Shown here: positions 41,168 to 54,133 of the stretch, piece after piece | How the letters are laid out: every line of letters begins with the position of its first letter | Numbering within the stretch: position 1 is the stretch's first letter | Assembly: GCA_951406725.2 (NCBI GenBank) | Contig: OX597815.1 | Location: forward strand, 155,620,001-155,684,000 | Length of the DNA stretch: 64,000 nucleotides | Source: Octopus vulgaris | Lineage: Eukaryota | Reading direction: 5' to 3' | Notes under the pieces: generated by a model | The model's database searches: none | What the model saw: only the letters and a program-made list of their open reading frames with translations | What the model was told of the DNA's origin: nothing | Translations under genes and position numbers: made by a program

Positions 41168-41220
41168 TGTCCCCGACGAAAGGATATAATTAATAAATAT
41201 CCTGGAAACAGCTGTAAGAC
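41168..41220 (+). ncRNA. Degenerate hammerhead motif, same family as 35594-35641
   Basis: gtcc-CCGACGA-aaggatat...atatcctg-GAAAC-agct-GTA-agac, inside an internally deleted copy (41033-41270) of the 35211-35670 element. Confidence 0.6.
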
Positions 41221-42914
41221 CTTCTATCTATAAATGTTCTAATATCTACACAGCCTTGGTTTTTATCTCATTGCGCAAAAACTTCTTATATACGCACGCT
41301 GACATATGACCAACGTTGAACCCCTTATTCGCAAAATCACCTGGAACTTAACTTTGGTCTGTCTACAGCACTTATTCAGCATTACCTGACACCTTTGGGT
41401 CTCAATGACAGCATTACCTCTTATAACCTATATATATATATATATATATACATACACATAATGGAAAAATTCAATTGTCACTGAGGGTGCCAGGTAGCAC
41501 CTATATTGCTAGAAATAAGAGACAGCAGTTTGCCTCTACCAAATCTACCAAATCTACTCACAAGGCTTTGGTCAGCCTGAAGTTATAGTAGAAGACACTT
41601 GCCCAAAGTACCATACACTGAGACTCAACTTGGAACTATGTTGTTCAGAAGCAAGTTTTGACCACACACCCACAAAGAAAGTTAAAAATCAAAAACAAAA
41701 GTAAGTGAAATACCACTGCTGTTATACGACTCAGCTGTAGAGCTTAGTTATATAATAGCATTCTCTCAATCAATCAGTGTAGTGTCACATAGCTATCTTG
41801 ACTCCACACAACTGTCCATGTATTGAAATATATATGGATTACAGCATTCTGAATCTGTACATAATTTATTACAGTATCTGAATATGATATAATTTATCTG
41901 TGCTTTATCTATGAATGCCAATGAACAAGGAATTATGATACATATTTTATATAAAACTAATTAAATACAAAAGATTTCACTGTGTAATTGAGACAAGATC
42001 CTAGTAATGGTTGAGTTTTCTGGCAAGATAGGGATAGCAACAGCCATAAATTTCTTTGACATTTCCATTGAAACTGAGCCAAAAATCTAATTTGATATTA
42101 GAAATGTTTGTTTAACAAAAATTTTGCAAATTTAGAGTAATATTACATTGTTTCTGCAAGAAGCTTTATAATGTCTTGAGAAAAATTCTAACAAGCATCA
42201 TCTAAGGATAATTTTAGAAAGTATCACAAACATAACGATATTTAAATTAAATTAAATGCAACATTTTGGAGATATAAACAAACATGTGGAATATATTTCG
42301 GCTTTCTCTGAAGGATCGTCAGAGCTTATAGCTCAAGGTAATGAGAAAAATCAAATTATCCCATCAGCTATGATGTTACTAAGGTCTAAAACACTTCTAT
42401 TTGCATAGCAACATTTAGTGACATTCTGTTTAAAATTAATATTTGAAGAAATTTCCTCTAGGTTAGTTCTAGAAACTTTGAAAATGTTTTCAGATAAGTA
42501 AAGTTAAATTTATTATCAGTATCCTTTCTACTATAGGTACAAGGCCTGGAATTTGTGGGGAGGGTTCTTAATTTTTTGACCCTGAAAAGATGAAGGCAAA
42601 GTCAACCTTGTTCTAATTTGAAATCAGAACATAAGGGCAGGTGAAATATCACTAAGCATTTTGCTCAACATGCTATCTGACAGTTTACAATTTGAGTGAG
42701 AGTTCACACAAAAGCCAGCAGAGAAGTAGTGGAGGTGAGGGGAGAGAAGAGATAAAAAGTATACTTTAGTACCACAAATTATGCGAACACATGGATGATG
42801 CAGTCTTCCTGATACATAACCTCCAACTAGGGCCATTCAAGGAATCCCACAGATCCAGTACTGCTCTGACTACCAAGGGCTCAAACTCTTGTTCAACTGT
42901 TGTCTTCCAATCTA

Positions 42915-43600
42915 CAGGCACATGATTAGAGTGGATCCATTCACTCTAAGTAGTTTTGCCATAATCACCCACCTTTTGACAAACTTACTAGAAGAGAGCA
43001 CTTCCTGCCTCACCCTCACTTTCCTTTCCAGGTGGAACTTAAACAACTTGATCTGTGCTTGACCAAAGAGAGCAGTGTCTGTCCTCATGCAACTATGAGA
43101 AATATTGCCTAACTTGTGTTGTTAAAGGTAGGTGTTTGGTCAATCCTCATGATGTTCTCAGCTGATAGCCAATAACATCCTATATGTAACAACAACTATT
43201 TGATCTAACTCCACCAGCCAGCAATGCGTGGACACTGCATGAACTTGTGCATAGCAATTTTCTTGCTTTGTATCCATCACAGACAGTTCCACATTGTAGT
43301 ATTTGTCCCAAAACAGTAGTGCCCTTTGGTAGCACTTACCAGGCCAGGGATTTCTGGAAGTTATCTATTGTAGTCCCCAGCTTGCAGTTTTTCCAAAACA
43401 TAACTGCTATTTGTCCCCATTGACACCTAAAGTTTCAATGGAAATATTTTCACTCTTACCCACCACTACTAGATCTCTATATATTGCTGATGTAGAACTT
43501 CAACCAAGCACGTTGCTCAACTGTTAGAAGGAAATGTGTGCTTGGTGACATTCCAGGAGCCAGGCATCCAGTTTTGGTCTTTTCTTGACCCAAGACTGTA
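42915..43600 (-). mobile_element. Old L1/Tx1-like LINE ORF2 3' relic
   Basis: Minus strand ends KLFKFHLERKVRVRQEVLSSSKFVKRWVIMAKLLRVNGSTLIMCL*. Upstream is stop-ridden. Clade assignment is from memory. Confidence 0.55.
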
Positions 43601-43874
43601 GCTCCATCAAATCTGAGCCACAGAATAATAACAAGTCAGTTATATACAGTGCTCAGGTGCACTACAATTCATTTGAAAAGGCAAAAAAGGGGACAAAATC
43701 AGTAATAATCAAGTAAAGAGAGACAGTAATGATAACCAAAAGTGCATGCACAGTACACAAAATAAAACACAAAAAGACAGAAAAGGGAACAGCAATTCTA
43801 CTAGAATTCTATTTGCTTCACAAATTGCATTATCATAAATCTATAATATGAAAAATAAAAGTGATGCTTTGCAT

Positions 43875-44445
43875 CACCGGTTTGGAACCCCTATCTTGCC
43901 CAGGATATTAATCGTCTGGAAACCGTTCAGCTACGTGCAACCAAGAGAATACCCTCCATCAGGCATTTGCCATATTTTGAACGCCTTACTTCTGTGGGTA
44001 TAGATACAATGAAACTCCAACGTCTGGCAGCTAACTTGGCAGACACCCATAAAATTATTAACCATCTTACAAACAATAATTCTGAGCACCTTTTCAAACT
44101 CCACCTGTCTAACACCCGTGGACATGTTTACAAAGTCAGAAAACAGCACAGCTCCCATGACTTTCAGAAACATTTTTTCACACTAAGAGTTGCTGAAGCA
44201 TGGAACAAACTGCCGGCATCAGTAGTTAGTTGTCGGAGCACTGCATCCTTCAAAACTTCCATGCTTCCTGAGATTCGCCAACGCTACACCTGATTTTCTC
44301 CCCTTCATACACACGCAAGCATGTAACTAACTCATACACTGTTCGCTTTCCAGACATTTATACATTACTGCATATGCTTTATATGCACTTTTGACAAGTT
44401 GTGGTGTACCTGAGCACTGTATACAATAATTTCATTATTATTATT
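43875..44445 (+). mobile_element. 5'-truncated CR1-group LINE
   Basis: YFERL..LQRLAANL..NTRGHVYK..HFFTLRVAEAWNKLP, then 3' UTR and (ATT)n tail. Confidence 0.9.
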
Positions 44446-44531
44446 TTAATGAAGTAAAGAGAGAATGAAAATAAAAAATTACTTCTAATTTGAAGAACGT
44501 TTTTGTTTCAAGAGCTTTATAAAAATATTAC

Positions 44532-44639
44532 CTTAAATGAGATCTTTGTAGTGAGTGTATGTCCGTGATATATAATTGGCATTCCATCATCTCCATCCCA
44601 ACAGTCAAGTTCTACACATCGGCAACCCATTAGGAGTAT
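44532..44639 (-). CDS. PLCE1: PLC epsilon exon, X-box catalytic core ([36 protein letters not shown])
   Basis: Acceptor ccttttctctttccacag, donor AAG|gtaata. 108 nt, phase 0-0. [12 protein letters not shown] and YHGHTLT motifs. Confidence 0.97.
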
Positions 44640-44654
44640 CTGTGGAAAGAGAAA

Positions 44655-44835
44655 AGGATTATGTATACATAAAGAAGGGTTGGTCACTCAAAGCAGATAG
44701 GATCTGTGAAAAAGAGAAGCCCAGGAAGACATGGGACAAAGAAGTGAAGGCAGATCAAGGCAGATCTTAAAATGCTGAGTCTCAGAGGACAGAGATGATT
44801 GTTAATTTGCTGTGTACACAAGAAGACTTGTCCAT
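44655..44835 (+). mobile_element. Decayed RTE ORF end next to the PLC exon acceptor
   Basis: [29 protein letters not shown] resembles the ORF end of 25246-25494. Confidence 0.7.
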
Positions 44836-45097
44836 CAGAGTGAAAATGAAGACCCGAAAACATTCTATGTAGACCTGTAATCCATTCTGCTCTGTCAAAC
44901 ATTCCCTTACACCTCATTCACCTAACACCCAGCCCCACCAATCACTCTTCTATCTATGCCACTACTTAGTGGCTGTAAGGGTTCAAGAGCTGAATTGTCA
45001 CATATTACTCCCCCTACATCCTTTGTACTACTAGTTACTTTCTCTTCCCTTGGAATCGTCCATCCCTTTTTCCCATTGTCATCTCTTCCCACATGAC

Positions 45098-46455
45098 TAG
45101 GATGGTCTGAAAAGTTCATAGGTTGACTATGGAGGAGTGATGTGAGAGCTGTGAGATCTTGCATGCATTAATTTCAACTTTTCTTAATAACTGCATTGTT
45201 TTTTTTTCCCAGGTAAACCGACATCTGACTGTTTGAAGAAGACTTGAAAAGTAACTAGACGTGACTTCACTTGAAAATCAACAAAATTTGGCACCATGGT
45301 GTTATCAAGTACCTGCAGAAAGAGGGTTTAGCTCCCCAAGGATGTTCATATTGACATGGTTATTACATTATGGGATGACACTTCAGCTTTATCATCATCA
45401 TCATCATCATCATCGTTTAACGTCCGCTTTCCATGCTAGCATGGGTTGGACGGTTCAACTGGGGTCTGGGGAGCCCGAAGGCTGCACCAGGCCAGTCAGA
45501 TCTGGCAGTGTTTCTACAGCTGGATGCCCTTCCTAACGCCAACCACTCCTGTGAAAAAGTGGACAGCTGAATTTAGGAGGGGAAGGGGAAGATGGCCCAA
45601 GGTCTGGACATCCTTCAAAACTTCCTTGCTTCCTGAGATTCGCCAACACTACACCTGATTTTCTACCCTCCATACACACGCAAGCATGTATCTGACTCAT
45701 GCACTGTTCGCTTTCCAGACATTTGTACATTACTGCATATACTTTATACACACTTTTGACAAGTTGTGGTGCACCTGAGCACTGTATACAATAATTTCAT
45801 TATTATTATTATTATCCTACAACTGCCACGACTGAGGAGAACATTGATTATGTTCACACATGGTGATGGATGACAGAATATTGAGTATAAGTCATAAATC
45901 AAATAGCCAATGCTATCAGCATATCCTGTGAAAGAGTTGAGAATATTCAACTGGATATTCTCACAATGAACCTGACATAATAAATGTTTCTTCTCAGATC
46001 TGATCAAAAGTGCACAAAGTTGAATGCACCATAGGAAGATCTAACATTGCTTGGAGCAGATCCAGCTGGTGTCCTTCAACATTTTCTAACTTAGGACGAA
46101 TGTTTGATTCATTACTTTGAGTCAGAGATAAAAAGACAATCTATGCAGTGAAAATGCCCCTCCTCACCTGCTACAAAGAAGGCCAAGGTTGTTTCATCTG
46201 CAGAGAAGCTGATGGCATCAGTTTCTTTTTTGGGATGCAAAGGGCACTGTGGTTGTTGAATATCTTCAAATGGACCATACCATTAGTGGGGAGTACTATA
46301 GCAGCTTTCTGAGGCTATCAAGACCAGATGGCTAGGAAAACTGACAAAAAGGATCTTGTTTCATCAGGACAGTGCTCTGGCACGCAAATCATTGGTTTCA
46401 ATGGCTGCTGTAAGTGATTTTGGCTGTGAACTGGTTGATCATCCTCCCTATTCTG
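45098..46455 (+). mobile_element. Decayed mariner transposon with two nested retroelement insertions
   Basis: Fragments KIWHHGVIKYLQK, KWTAEFRRGR, TATTEENID, KKAKVVSSA, FWDAKG, HPPYS. Interrupted at about 45391-45550 and 45610-45815. Confidence 0.85.
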
Positions 46456-46724
46456 AGCTATTACTGCCAACAGCTGTAGTAGCTCCCTGAACTTTTACTA
46501 ACTCATTCTTACTCTGGCTACTATGATTTTAGAGCAGTTACCTCCCTTGCCAATTAAACTGCTTAAGTAACAAAAGCTATAATTTACTACTAGTGAGCTG
46601 CCTGGTCATATAAGAGATCCACTTCCTGGTGTGCTCATATGGACTGCTCCTGTATATCTACCACATATAAAGCTTATGTTTCCAAATAGTCTGCTAGTGA
46701 TCTCACTATCTCTCTTATGTGATC

Positions 46725-47310
46725 ATAGCTTACATTGAGTATTGTGTATGGAGTTTATACCTACTCCTTTTCTACATATCAAGCAAGGCCATTTCCCTGA
46801 AGGTGCTAGGGCTCTGTCTTCTTTGTAACTTACATAAACCTTCATTATTACCTTAAGGAATTTCAGTTCCAGGTTTAACTTCCATGCCTGCAAATTTTTC
46901 TCTAATCCCTCTATGGATTCAGCTATGAGAACTAGATCATCAACATATAGGAATTTCCATGGACAACCAGTCATAAACTTCTCTGTGATGGTTTGCAGGA
47001 CCATAATAAACAGGTGGGTGCTGTACACATGCACACCCCAACTACTGACTTGGTCACCAAGGTAACGGAATCTATCAACTTCTTGTAGTTTTTTCCCCTG
47101 GAATGTGACAGAAGCTGTTCTCTGAACATTTTCAGTGTTTATTGCTCCTGAGCATTTGCCACACACAAAAACTATCTTCCCAGTTAGCCTTCCTTTGATA
47201 TTGCTGCACCTCTTATGTGTCTTTAGCTTACACTGGGCACACCTTATGGAGTTTCTACCTACGCCTTTTCTACAGATCAAGCAGGGCCATCTACCTGAAG
47301 GTGTTTGTGA
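46725..47310 (-). mobile_element. Rearranged RTE LINE fragments (RT and zinc-finger segments)
   Basis: PSGRWPCLICRKGVGRNSIRC occurs twice; also VDRFRYLGD and CPWKFLYVDDLVLIAES (decayed YADD). Confidence 0.85.
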
Positions 47311-47312
47311 TT

Positions 47313-47388
<76 letters not shown>

Positions 47389-48930
47389 ATAGATAGATAA
47401 CATGCAGTTTCTACCATTTGTCTCCTTCACACACTTTGCCTTCATGGAAGATGATACTCTATATGAAGCTCTATATTCAGTAGTATCAGTTGTATATCTA
47501 ACTGTATTGATCAAACAGGAACTACCACGACCTCCCCAACAGACATCAGTTTGTAAGTCTGTTTATTTTAGCAGGCTCTGTGCAACACTGAAGATAATGA
47601 CTATACTGTGCTATGGGTTGTGGTGGTGAATTTGATGATGTTGATGACAGTAAAGGTCATAATAATGAAGATGAAGTAGTAAAAATTAATCATTAAATGC
47701 AATGAGAATATTTACCATATTTATTTGTGTATAATACATATATAATGTGCATCACAAATTATGGACTCAGAAATCCCATAAAAACTATACTTCATGAATA
47801 ATGCACATTGACTTTTCTTTAGTATTACAGTAAGAAATATTTAGTCAGATTTATTATAATTGCTGTCTGAAATACATTTAAGACATTCATGTATCCAAAA
47901 CAAAACAAAACAAAACAAAAAGAGATAATTCAAAAGTGACCTCAGAACTTTATTGGTGTCAGCTGTAAAAGTGCACCTGTTCTAAAGTCAACATTGCAAA
48001 TATCATATGAATGTGCTTTTCATGGAAAATCAAATTCACTTTGATAACGTTGTTTACTTAGATAAGTTTTTATGCAATTTGATTATTCAGTTTATAAAGT
48101 GATATACACATGGTTGTGTTGTTCCAGGAGATCAAAGTATTTATTGTTTAAACATACATTTCTGATAACCTTTTTGACTTCATTTATTATGTGACTTTTT
48201 TGAAACAAAATACAATAGGTCTTCAGTTTTTGTTTGGCAGATCAGATATTCAGGAAATGGCTAAAAGTACATTTTCTTATTTTCAAATTTAAGAATAAGT
48301 TGCATTCTAAATTTAGAAGGTTGTTATTTTTTAACACAGCATTTTACTAAATTGAAACACAGCATTTAAATCCATTTAATACCAACCTACTTGAAACTCC
48401 TGTTTGTCTGTGTTATGACATTGGTATACACATCTGATGTAAAATGGTATTACACAAATAAACAGTTGGTTGTGGTTATCTAACAATAACCTATTACAGA
48501 AATATATGTTGACCCAGAATGCACTCTGTACTACTCGAACATAGTTATGATTCTCAGTATTCACTGTTCAACTACCAACTGTTAAACCAACACAGTTGAA
48601 CTAATACCATCAACTACTCCCATGTTAGATCACTTAGTCCACCTTCAGTCATGTGGGGGTGTTTCGGATTCTCCCATAACATCTCCCCTTTTTATGAATT
48701 TAGCTCCAACCAGGGCTTAATATCTTTTGCATTTAGCGTCTATTTCAAGTACATCTATTGCTTTTCTTTTTCTCATTCTTGAACATGTAGTTTCCACAAT
48801 TTGCTTAGGTGCTGGTACATATGTAATCGCAAAACCTCTCATGTGTTGCTGGTGCCAACTTTCTCAACAAAAGTGGAGTTTTTTTCTTGACTTGCCAGTC
48901 ACAGCATTCTTCTGTAAAAAATTTCCTCAT

Positions 48931-49097
48931 AGGCACAGGAGTGGCTGTGTGGTAAGAAGCTTGCTTCCCAACCACATGGTTCTGGGTTCAGTCCCACTGC
49001 ATGGCACGTTCAGCAATTGTCTTCTACTATAACTTCAGGCTGACCAAAGCCTTGTGAGTGGATTTGGTAGACGAAAACTGAAAGAAGCCCATCATAT

Positions 49098-49149
<52 letters not shown>

Positions 49150-49335
49150 TTGTTGTTTGTGTCTGTGTCTGTTCCCCCACCATCGCTTGACAACCGATGT
49201 TGGTGTGTTTATGATCGATAGAATAAGTACTAGGCTTCCAAAGAATAAGTCTTGGGGGTCAATTTATTCGACTAAAGGTGGTGCTCCAGCATAGCCACAG
49301 TCAAATGACTGAAACAGGTAAAAGAATAAAAGAAT
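48931..49335 (+). mobile_element. tRNA-derived CORE-like SINE (Octopus OR2-like) with internal (TA)n/(TG)n
   Basis: ggcacaggagtggctgtgtggtaag..ggttcagtccc head. Related minus-strand copies at about 25838-26253, 52340-52768, 59085-59464 and 62445-62825. Confidence 0.8.
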
Positions 49336-50457
49336 ACCTTCGAAAGTAAACAAGGAAGGCAGTACACTCCTCTGGGTTAAATGCAAACTTTCCGATCGAG
49401 TTTGTGACAGTGTCAGGGGTAAATGAACCTTTTGCATTTTCTGTTGTCTTCTGTGTCAGTTGTACTAACAGTCGCTGTTACTTCTGAAATTCCAACAACT
49501 GCTGTTGTTGTTGTTTCTGTACTTGAATTACTGAAGCTAGTAGAACTTCCACGTTGAAGCAAACATCAGTCCAGCACATGCTTTGAATAATCTCTTCACC
49601 AAAAGTCTAATATAAAATTCTTATTTGAGATTTATATAAATTTAAAACTTCCTATCAAAATTTCATGTTAATCTATATTCCAAACACAAGCTTAATAACA
49701 ATAAAGTTATTTTACTAAATTCTTCAGGTAGTGTATTCTAACAGAAATATGGTAACAAAAGGGTTAAATTGATAAACAAGATAATCATTCAAACGCTCCA
49801 TCCAGTGTTTCATATGTAATTTCACTGGACATAAATTGTGTAGACTGCATATAGATAGTATCTATTTGTTATATAAATTTCTGCCTGGATAGAAACAAAA
49901 TCAGTGTTTCAGTGTTATCTATGTCCACTTCATATCAACAACTATGAGCAAAAATTTGTACTTAAACATTAATCTGTAGAATTTCTGTTCTGATATGGAC
50001 AACTATTTTGGCCGGATATGGCCGGTTTAAATACTAAAGGGTTAAACATTAATCTGTAGAATTTCTGTTCTGATATGGACAGCCAAGCATGTTTATTATT
50101 ACCATAAGCATGATCCAAGCCAGTAACATAATATTTAGATAATTTATTTATACTTATAAAAACATAAGGAATGTTTACTATATTACTGTTATAGATAAAT
50201 GGCATTGTGATTTTAATTCTGCTACACATTAGTTAGCTTCGGTAATAGATATAACTTACTTCTGCTCATACTGTCCTAATCATAACCGTGTCCTGATCAT
50301 AGTCAGGGAATGAGGAGCATTGAGTTCTGGTATATAAAGCATAAAGCCTAACATCTGGAATTTAAAACCAAGGTTATGAAATTATATATTATACATGAAT
50401 TGATTAGGTAGTCAGAGGATACAAGGAAGTAAAACAAGAAAACCAAAGTTTGCTTAC

Positions 50458-50562
50458 TTGACTATACAGTTCCACTGATGATTCTCCTTTGAGCTGATGA
50501 CCAGTTAGGTATGTGTTATGTGAAGATGCTATGTAGTAATGAGACAATGGGTGATCCATATC
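50458..50562 (-). CDS. PLCE1: PLC epsilon exon, X-box start ([35 protein letters not shown])
   Basis: Acceptor ...actccacag, donor CAA|gtaagc. 105 nt, phase 0-0. SSHNTYL carries the first catalytic His; [14 protein letters not shown] matches PLC-epsilon. Confidence 0.97.
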
Positions 50563-50673
50563 CTGTGGAGTATTCAAGCGAAAACAGATCAGAATTAGTT
50601 CAAATGCTATATAAAATCATTTAAAGAAATTTTTCATGTGGATTAATTGGTAGGAACATGCACACATGCATAC

Positions 50674-50718
<45 letters not shown>

Positions 50719-51090
50719 TATCATCATCATCATCCACTAAACCACCACCCACCACCACCCACCACCACCATCCTCCTCCTCCTCCTCCTCCTCCTCCTCC
50801 TCCTTATCATCGTCATCAGTATTAATGTCTGGCTTCCATGCTGGCATAGGTTAGATGGTTTGATGGGAGCTGGCAAGCTGGAGGACTGCATCAAGCTCCA
50901 CTGTCTACTTTGGTATGAATTTTACAGCTCGATGCCCTTTCTAACACCAACCACTTTACTGAGTGAACTGAGTATATTTAGTCCAGTGAAACTAAACATA
51001 CCTAATTTAAACAAACTTATTTTGCACATATTTATGGGATTTAAAAATTGAAATATAGTTTATTATATTGAACGTTGATAAAGTTATAAG

Positions 51091-51185
51091 GGCCTGATGA
51101 TTGGGGTGGCATCTTGAGAGGGATTCCAGGGAAACACGGAGTGGTTTAGGAACCCGAGGATGTACCTCATGAAACACGTGTTGCC
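51091..51185 (+). ncRNA. Type I hammerhead ribozyme motif (Penelope-like) with long stem II
   Basis: ggc-CTGATGA-[tggggtggcatct...ggatgtacctca]-GAAAC-acgt-GTT-gcc. Intact core, palindromic stem III AACACGTGTT, GUU site, AATAAA just downstream. Confidence 0.75.
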
Positions 51186-51299
51186 AAGGAATAAATAAAA
51201 CAGTAGGTATTTAAAATAAAAATAAAAATTCTTTTTATTTGGTGAGAAGTAGGGGTATACTATCTCTAAATTAATATATATATATATATATATTCATAT

Positions 51300-51885
51300 T
51301 CGAGGCAATGGTGAAGGACCGAGATCTCTGGAGATGTGCTGTGACTACAAAGACCCGGGATGCTTCCAGCACCAGTTCCGCATAGCCCCTGCCCATTCAA
51401 GTACCTTGGATCCTGGAACATCTCGCTGTGCTTGAGGAGACCTGTTGAGTCAAGTGCATGTACAAGAACATCGAAACAAATATCAATGCAAATAGTAGTT
51501 GTGATACCTGTGCCGGTGGCACATAAAAAGCACCATCCGAACATGGCCGTTGCCAGCGCTGCCTCGACTGGCTTCTGTGCCGGTGGCACATAAAAAGCAC
51601 CATCCAAACCTGGCCGTTGCCAGTGCCACCTTGACTGGCTTCTGTGCTGGTGGCACATAAAAAGCACCATCTGAACGTGGCCGATGCTGGCTTCCGTGCA
51701 GGTGGCACGTAAAAAGCACCCACTACACTCGTGGAGTGGTTGGCGTTAGGAAGGGCATCCAGCTGTAGAAACACTGCCAGATCAGACTGGAGCCTGGTGC
51801 AGCCCTGGCTTCCCAGACCCCGGTCAAACCATCCAACCTGTGCTAGCACGGAAAACGGACGTTAAATGATGATGATGATGATGAT
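51300..51885 (+). mobile_element. RTE LINE 3'-UTR fragment with four tandem units
   Basis: Four gtgc..gtggcacRtaaaaagcacc units, then the shared 3' end and (GAT)n. Confidence 0.8.
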
Positions 51886-52546
51886 CATGATGTGTGTGTT
51901 TCTGTGAGGGAGCTCATATTTCCTACCACTTCACATGTCTTCACTTGCTGGTTATGAACAATAGTTTTGTTGATGGTGCCCCTTGCTTGCATTTCACTGT
52001 GAAAGCATGCCTGAACTTCTTGATGTGTTGCACAATCTTTGTAAACAAATGTTTCATTCATACAGCATTGTTTGTTTCCAGTACTCTGGATAAGCATGTC
52101 CAGGCTTTTTGTTGTTCAGTAGACTGGAATATTAGTGCCTCACTTGGAGATAAGTAAAAGGAAGAGTAACAGCATTCAGCTGTAAAAACAAAAATCTCTG
52201 CTCCCAACATACTCTCGTCTGTCTCATGCAAGCATGAGGGAAGTAGTCATTAAAATAATGATGATATATATTGGACGAAAGCATGATCAGGTGGTTAAGA
52301 AGTTTGTTTCAAAATCATGAGGTCCTGGACTCAGTCTTACTCTTTTACTTGTTTCAGTCCTTTGACTGCGGCCAAACTGGTGCACCGCTTTTAGTCAAGC
52401 AAATCGATGCCAGGACTTATTCTTTGTAAGCCTAGTACTTATTCTATCAGTCTCTTTTGCTGAACCACTATGTTACGGGGATATAAGCACACCAACATCG
52501 GTTGTCAAGCGATGGTTGGGGGACAAACAGAGACCCACAAACATAT

Positions 52547-52591
<45 letters not shown>

Positions 52592-53532
52592 TATATATAT
52601 GACGGGCTTCTTTCAGTTTCCATCTACTAAATCCACTCACAAGGCTTTGGTCGGCTCGAGGCTATAGGAGAAGACACTTGCCCAAGGTGTCACACAGTGG
52701 GAATGAACCCAGAACCATGTGGTTGGTAAGCAAGCTACTTACCACACAGCCACATAGCCACTCCTGCTTATCTGACATGACTCTTTTAGCAGAATCTTGA
52801 ATTGACCGAAGCACTTGAATGAAGTTTGTATGGAAGGAATGTTCATGAAATTGACTGTAATCTGTTACACTTTGTCATACTGATTCTGTTCCTTTTTGGA
52901 TAGAAAAAGTTGAAGGCTGCTTATTCCAAAAAATAATTATTTCATGTTCTCTAGAAAGTAAGTTCTTATGCTGTCAATGCCATTCAATTCTTGCTAGTAA
53001 GAATAAAGTTTCTAGATTGGGTAGAGAAATTTGAAGGATTGTTTTGGTCTGATGATAGAATGCTTGTCACGTCTATAAGTGATTTAGGCAGAAATCTCAT
53101 GGGCAACCTTCAACTTTTTTTATATCCAAAATGCTGTTATTTGTAGCTCTGTGGGCTTTGAGATTGAGTTGCAAAAAAGATGAATGCATGTGTGTGTGTG
53201 TGTATTGAGAAGCATTGAGAGAACTAAGTTGATGAAGAGTGAAATAATTATTCTTTGCTCATTATAATTACACACACACACACACACAACATTCTTACAC
53301 TTAAAGACTAATCACAATTATATATATTTATAAATTACACACACACACACACACATAGATTTTTACACTTCAGACTAATTACAGTTAATCTCTAGAACTA
53401 TTATCTATGATACAGAATAAACCAATTTTGTTTCCTAAACAGAATATGAAGACCTGTGCGGTATCAATAAAAAAGATAAGATTTTCTTAATTTCAAAACA
53501 CATTAAAAAAAAATTTTTTTTTTACATCTTAC

Positions 53533-53655
53533 CTCTTTTCGGCACTTTAGTTTTTCATTTATGTATGCATAGTTCTCTTTATCCATCAGATACCGGGCAA
53601 AGCCTTCAAATGAAAGATATCCATGTTCTCGTGGAATTGGATTAGGTTCATGAAG
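53533..53655 (-). CDS. PLCE1: PLC epsilon exon (LHEPNPIPREHGYLSFEGFARYLMDKENYAYINEKLKCRKE)
   Basis: Acceptor ttctctttatttctcattaaaag, donor GAG|gtaaga. 123 nt, phase 0-0. SFEGFARxLMDKEN is the last EF-hand of PLCs. Absent from the ORF track. Confidence 0.95.
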
Positions 53656-53944
53656 CTTTTAATGAGAAATAAAGAGAAATTTATACAAAAGCTTTTTCTT
53701 CCTTAAAATAACCATTATTCATGATACATATTAGGTTCAGAAATCTTTGGCTTGCTTTGATGTTTTAATTCATATTTGTAATGTTTTTTTCTTAATTATT
53801 GTTTATTTAATCTTATATATATATATATATATATATATATTGATAAAAATGGTAAGACAACAAAAGAAAGAAAGAGACCTTGATATTATGTAAATAGAAG
53901 AATTTATCTATAAATGTAATATGTGACAATTATTCGGTAGCCAT

Positions 53945-54005
53945 GATAAAACTCTGAGTTACGGATGTCGAGGTGGATATCCACACTGCCATCTCTTCAG
54001 TTATC
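53945..54005 (-). ncRNA. Degenerate hammerhead motif (inverted partner of 54073-54133)
   Basis: Minus strand gataa-CTGAAGA-gatg...catcc-GTAAC-tcaga-GTT-ttatc. GAAA changed to GTAA. Confidence 0.6.
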
Positions 54006-54072
54006 CAGCCAGAAAATTACAGACCTGATTAAGCGCATGAGATGGAAAGCTTAGGCATTTTTCTGATGGCCA

Positions 54073-54133
54073 GATAACTGAAGAGATGGTGGCATAGATT
54101 TCCACCTCAGCATCTGAAACTCGGAGTTTTATC
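54073..54133 (+). ncRNA. Type I hammerhead ribozyme motif (second family)
   Basis: gataa-CTGAAGA-gatg...catct-GAAAC-tcgga-GTT-ttatc. 5-bp stem I, intact core. Confidence 0.7.

Noticed and set aside
49336-49600. Possible piggyBac transposase C-terminal relic on the minus strand
   Set aside because: Only a vague RKCKR..KLDRKV resemblance with stops.
38732-50457. Apparent loss of the catalytic ELDCWDG/YHGHT exon
   Set aside because: Found on re-reading at 44532-44639; it is only absent from the ORF track, so the X-box is complete.
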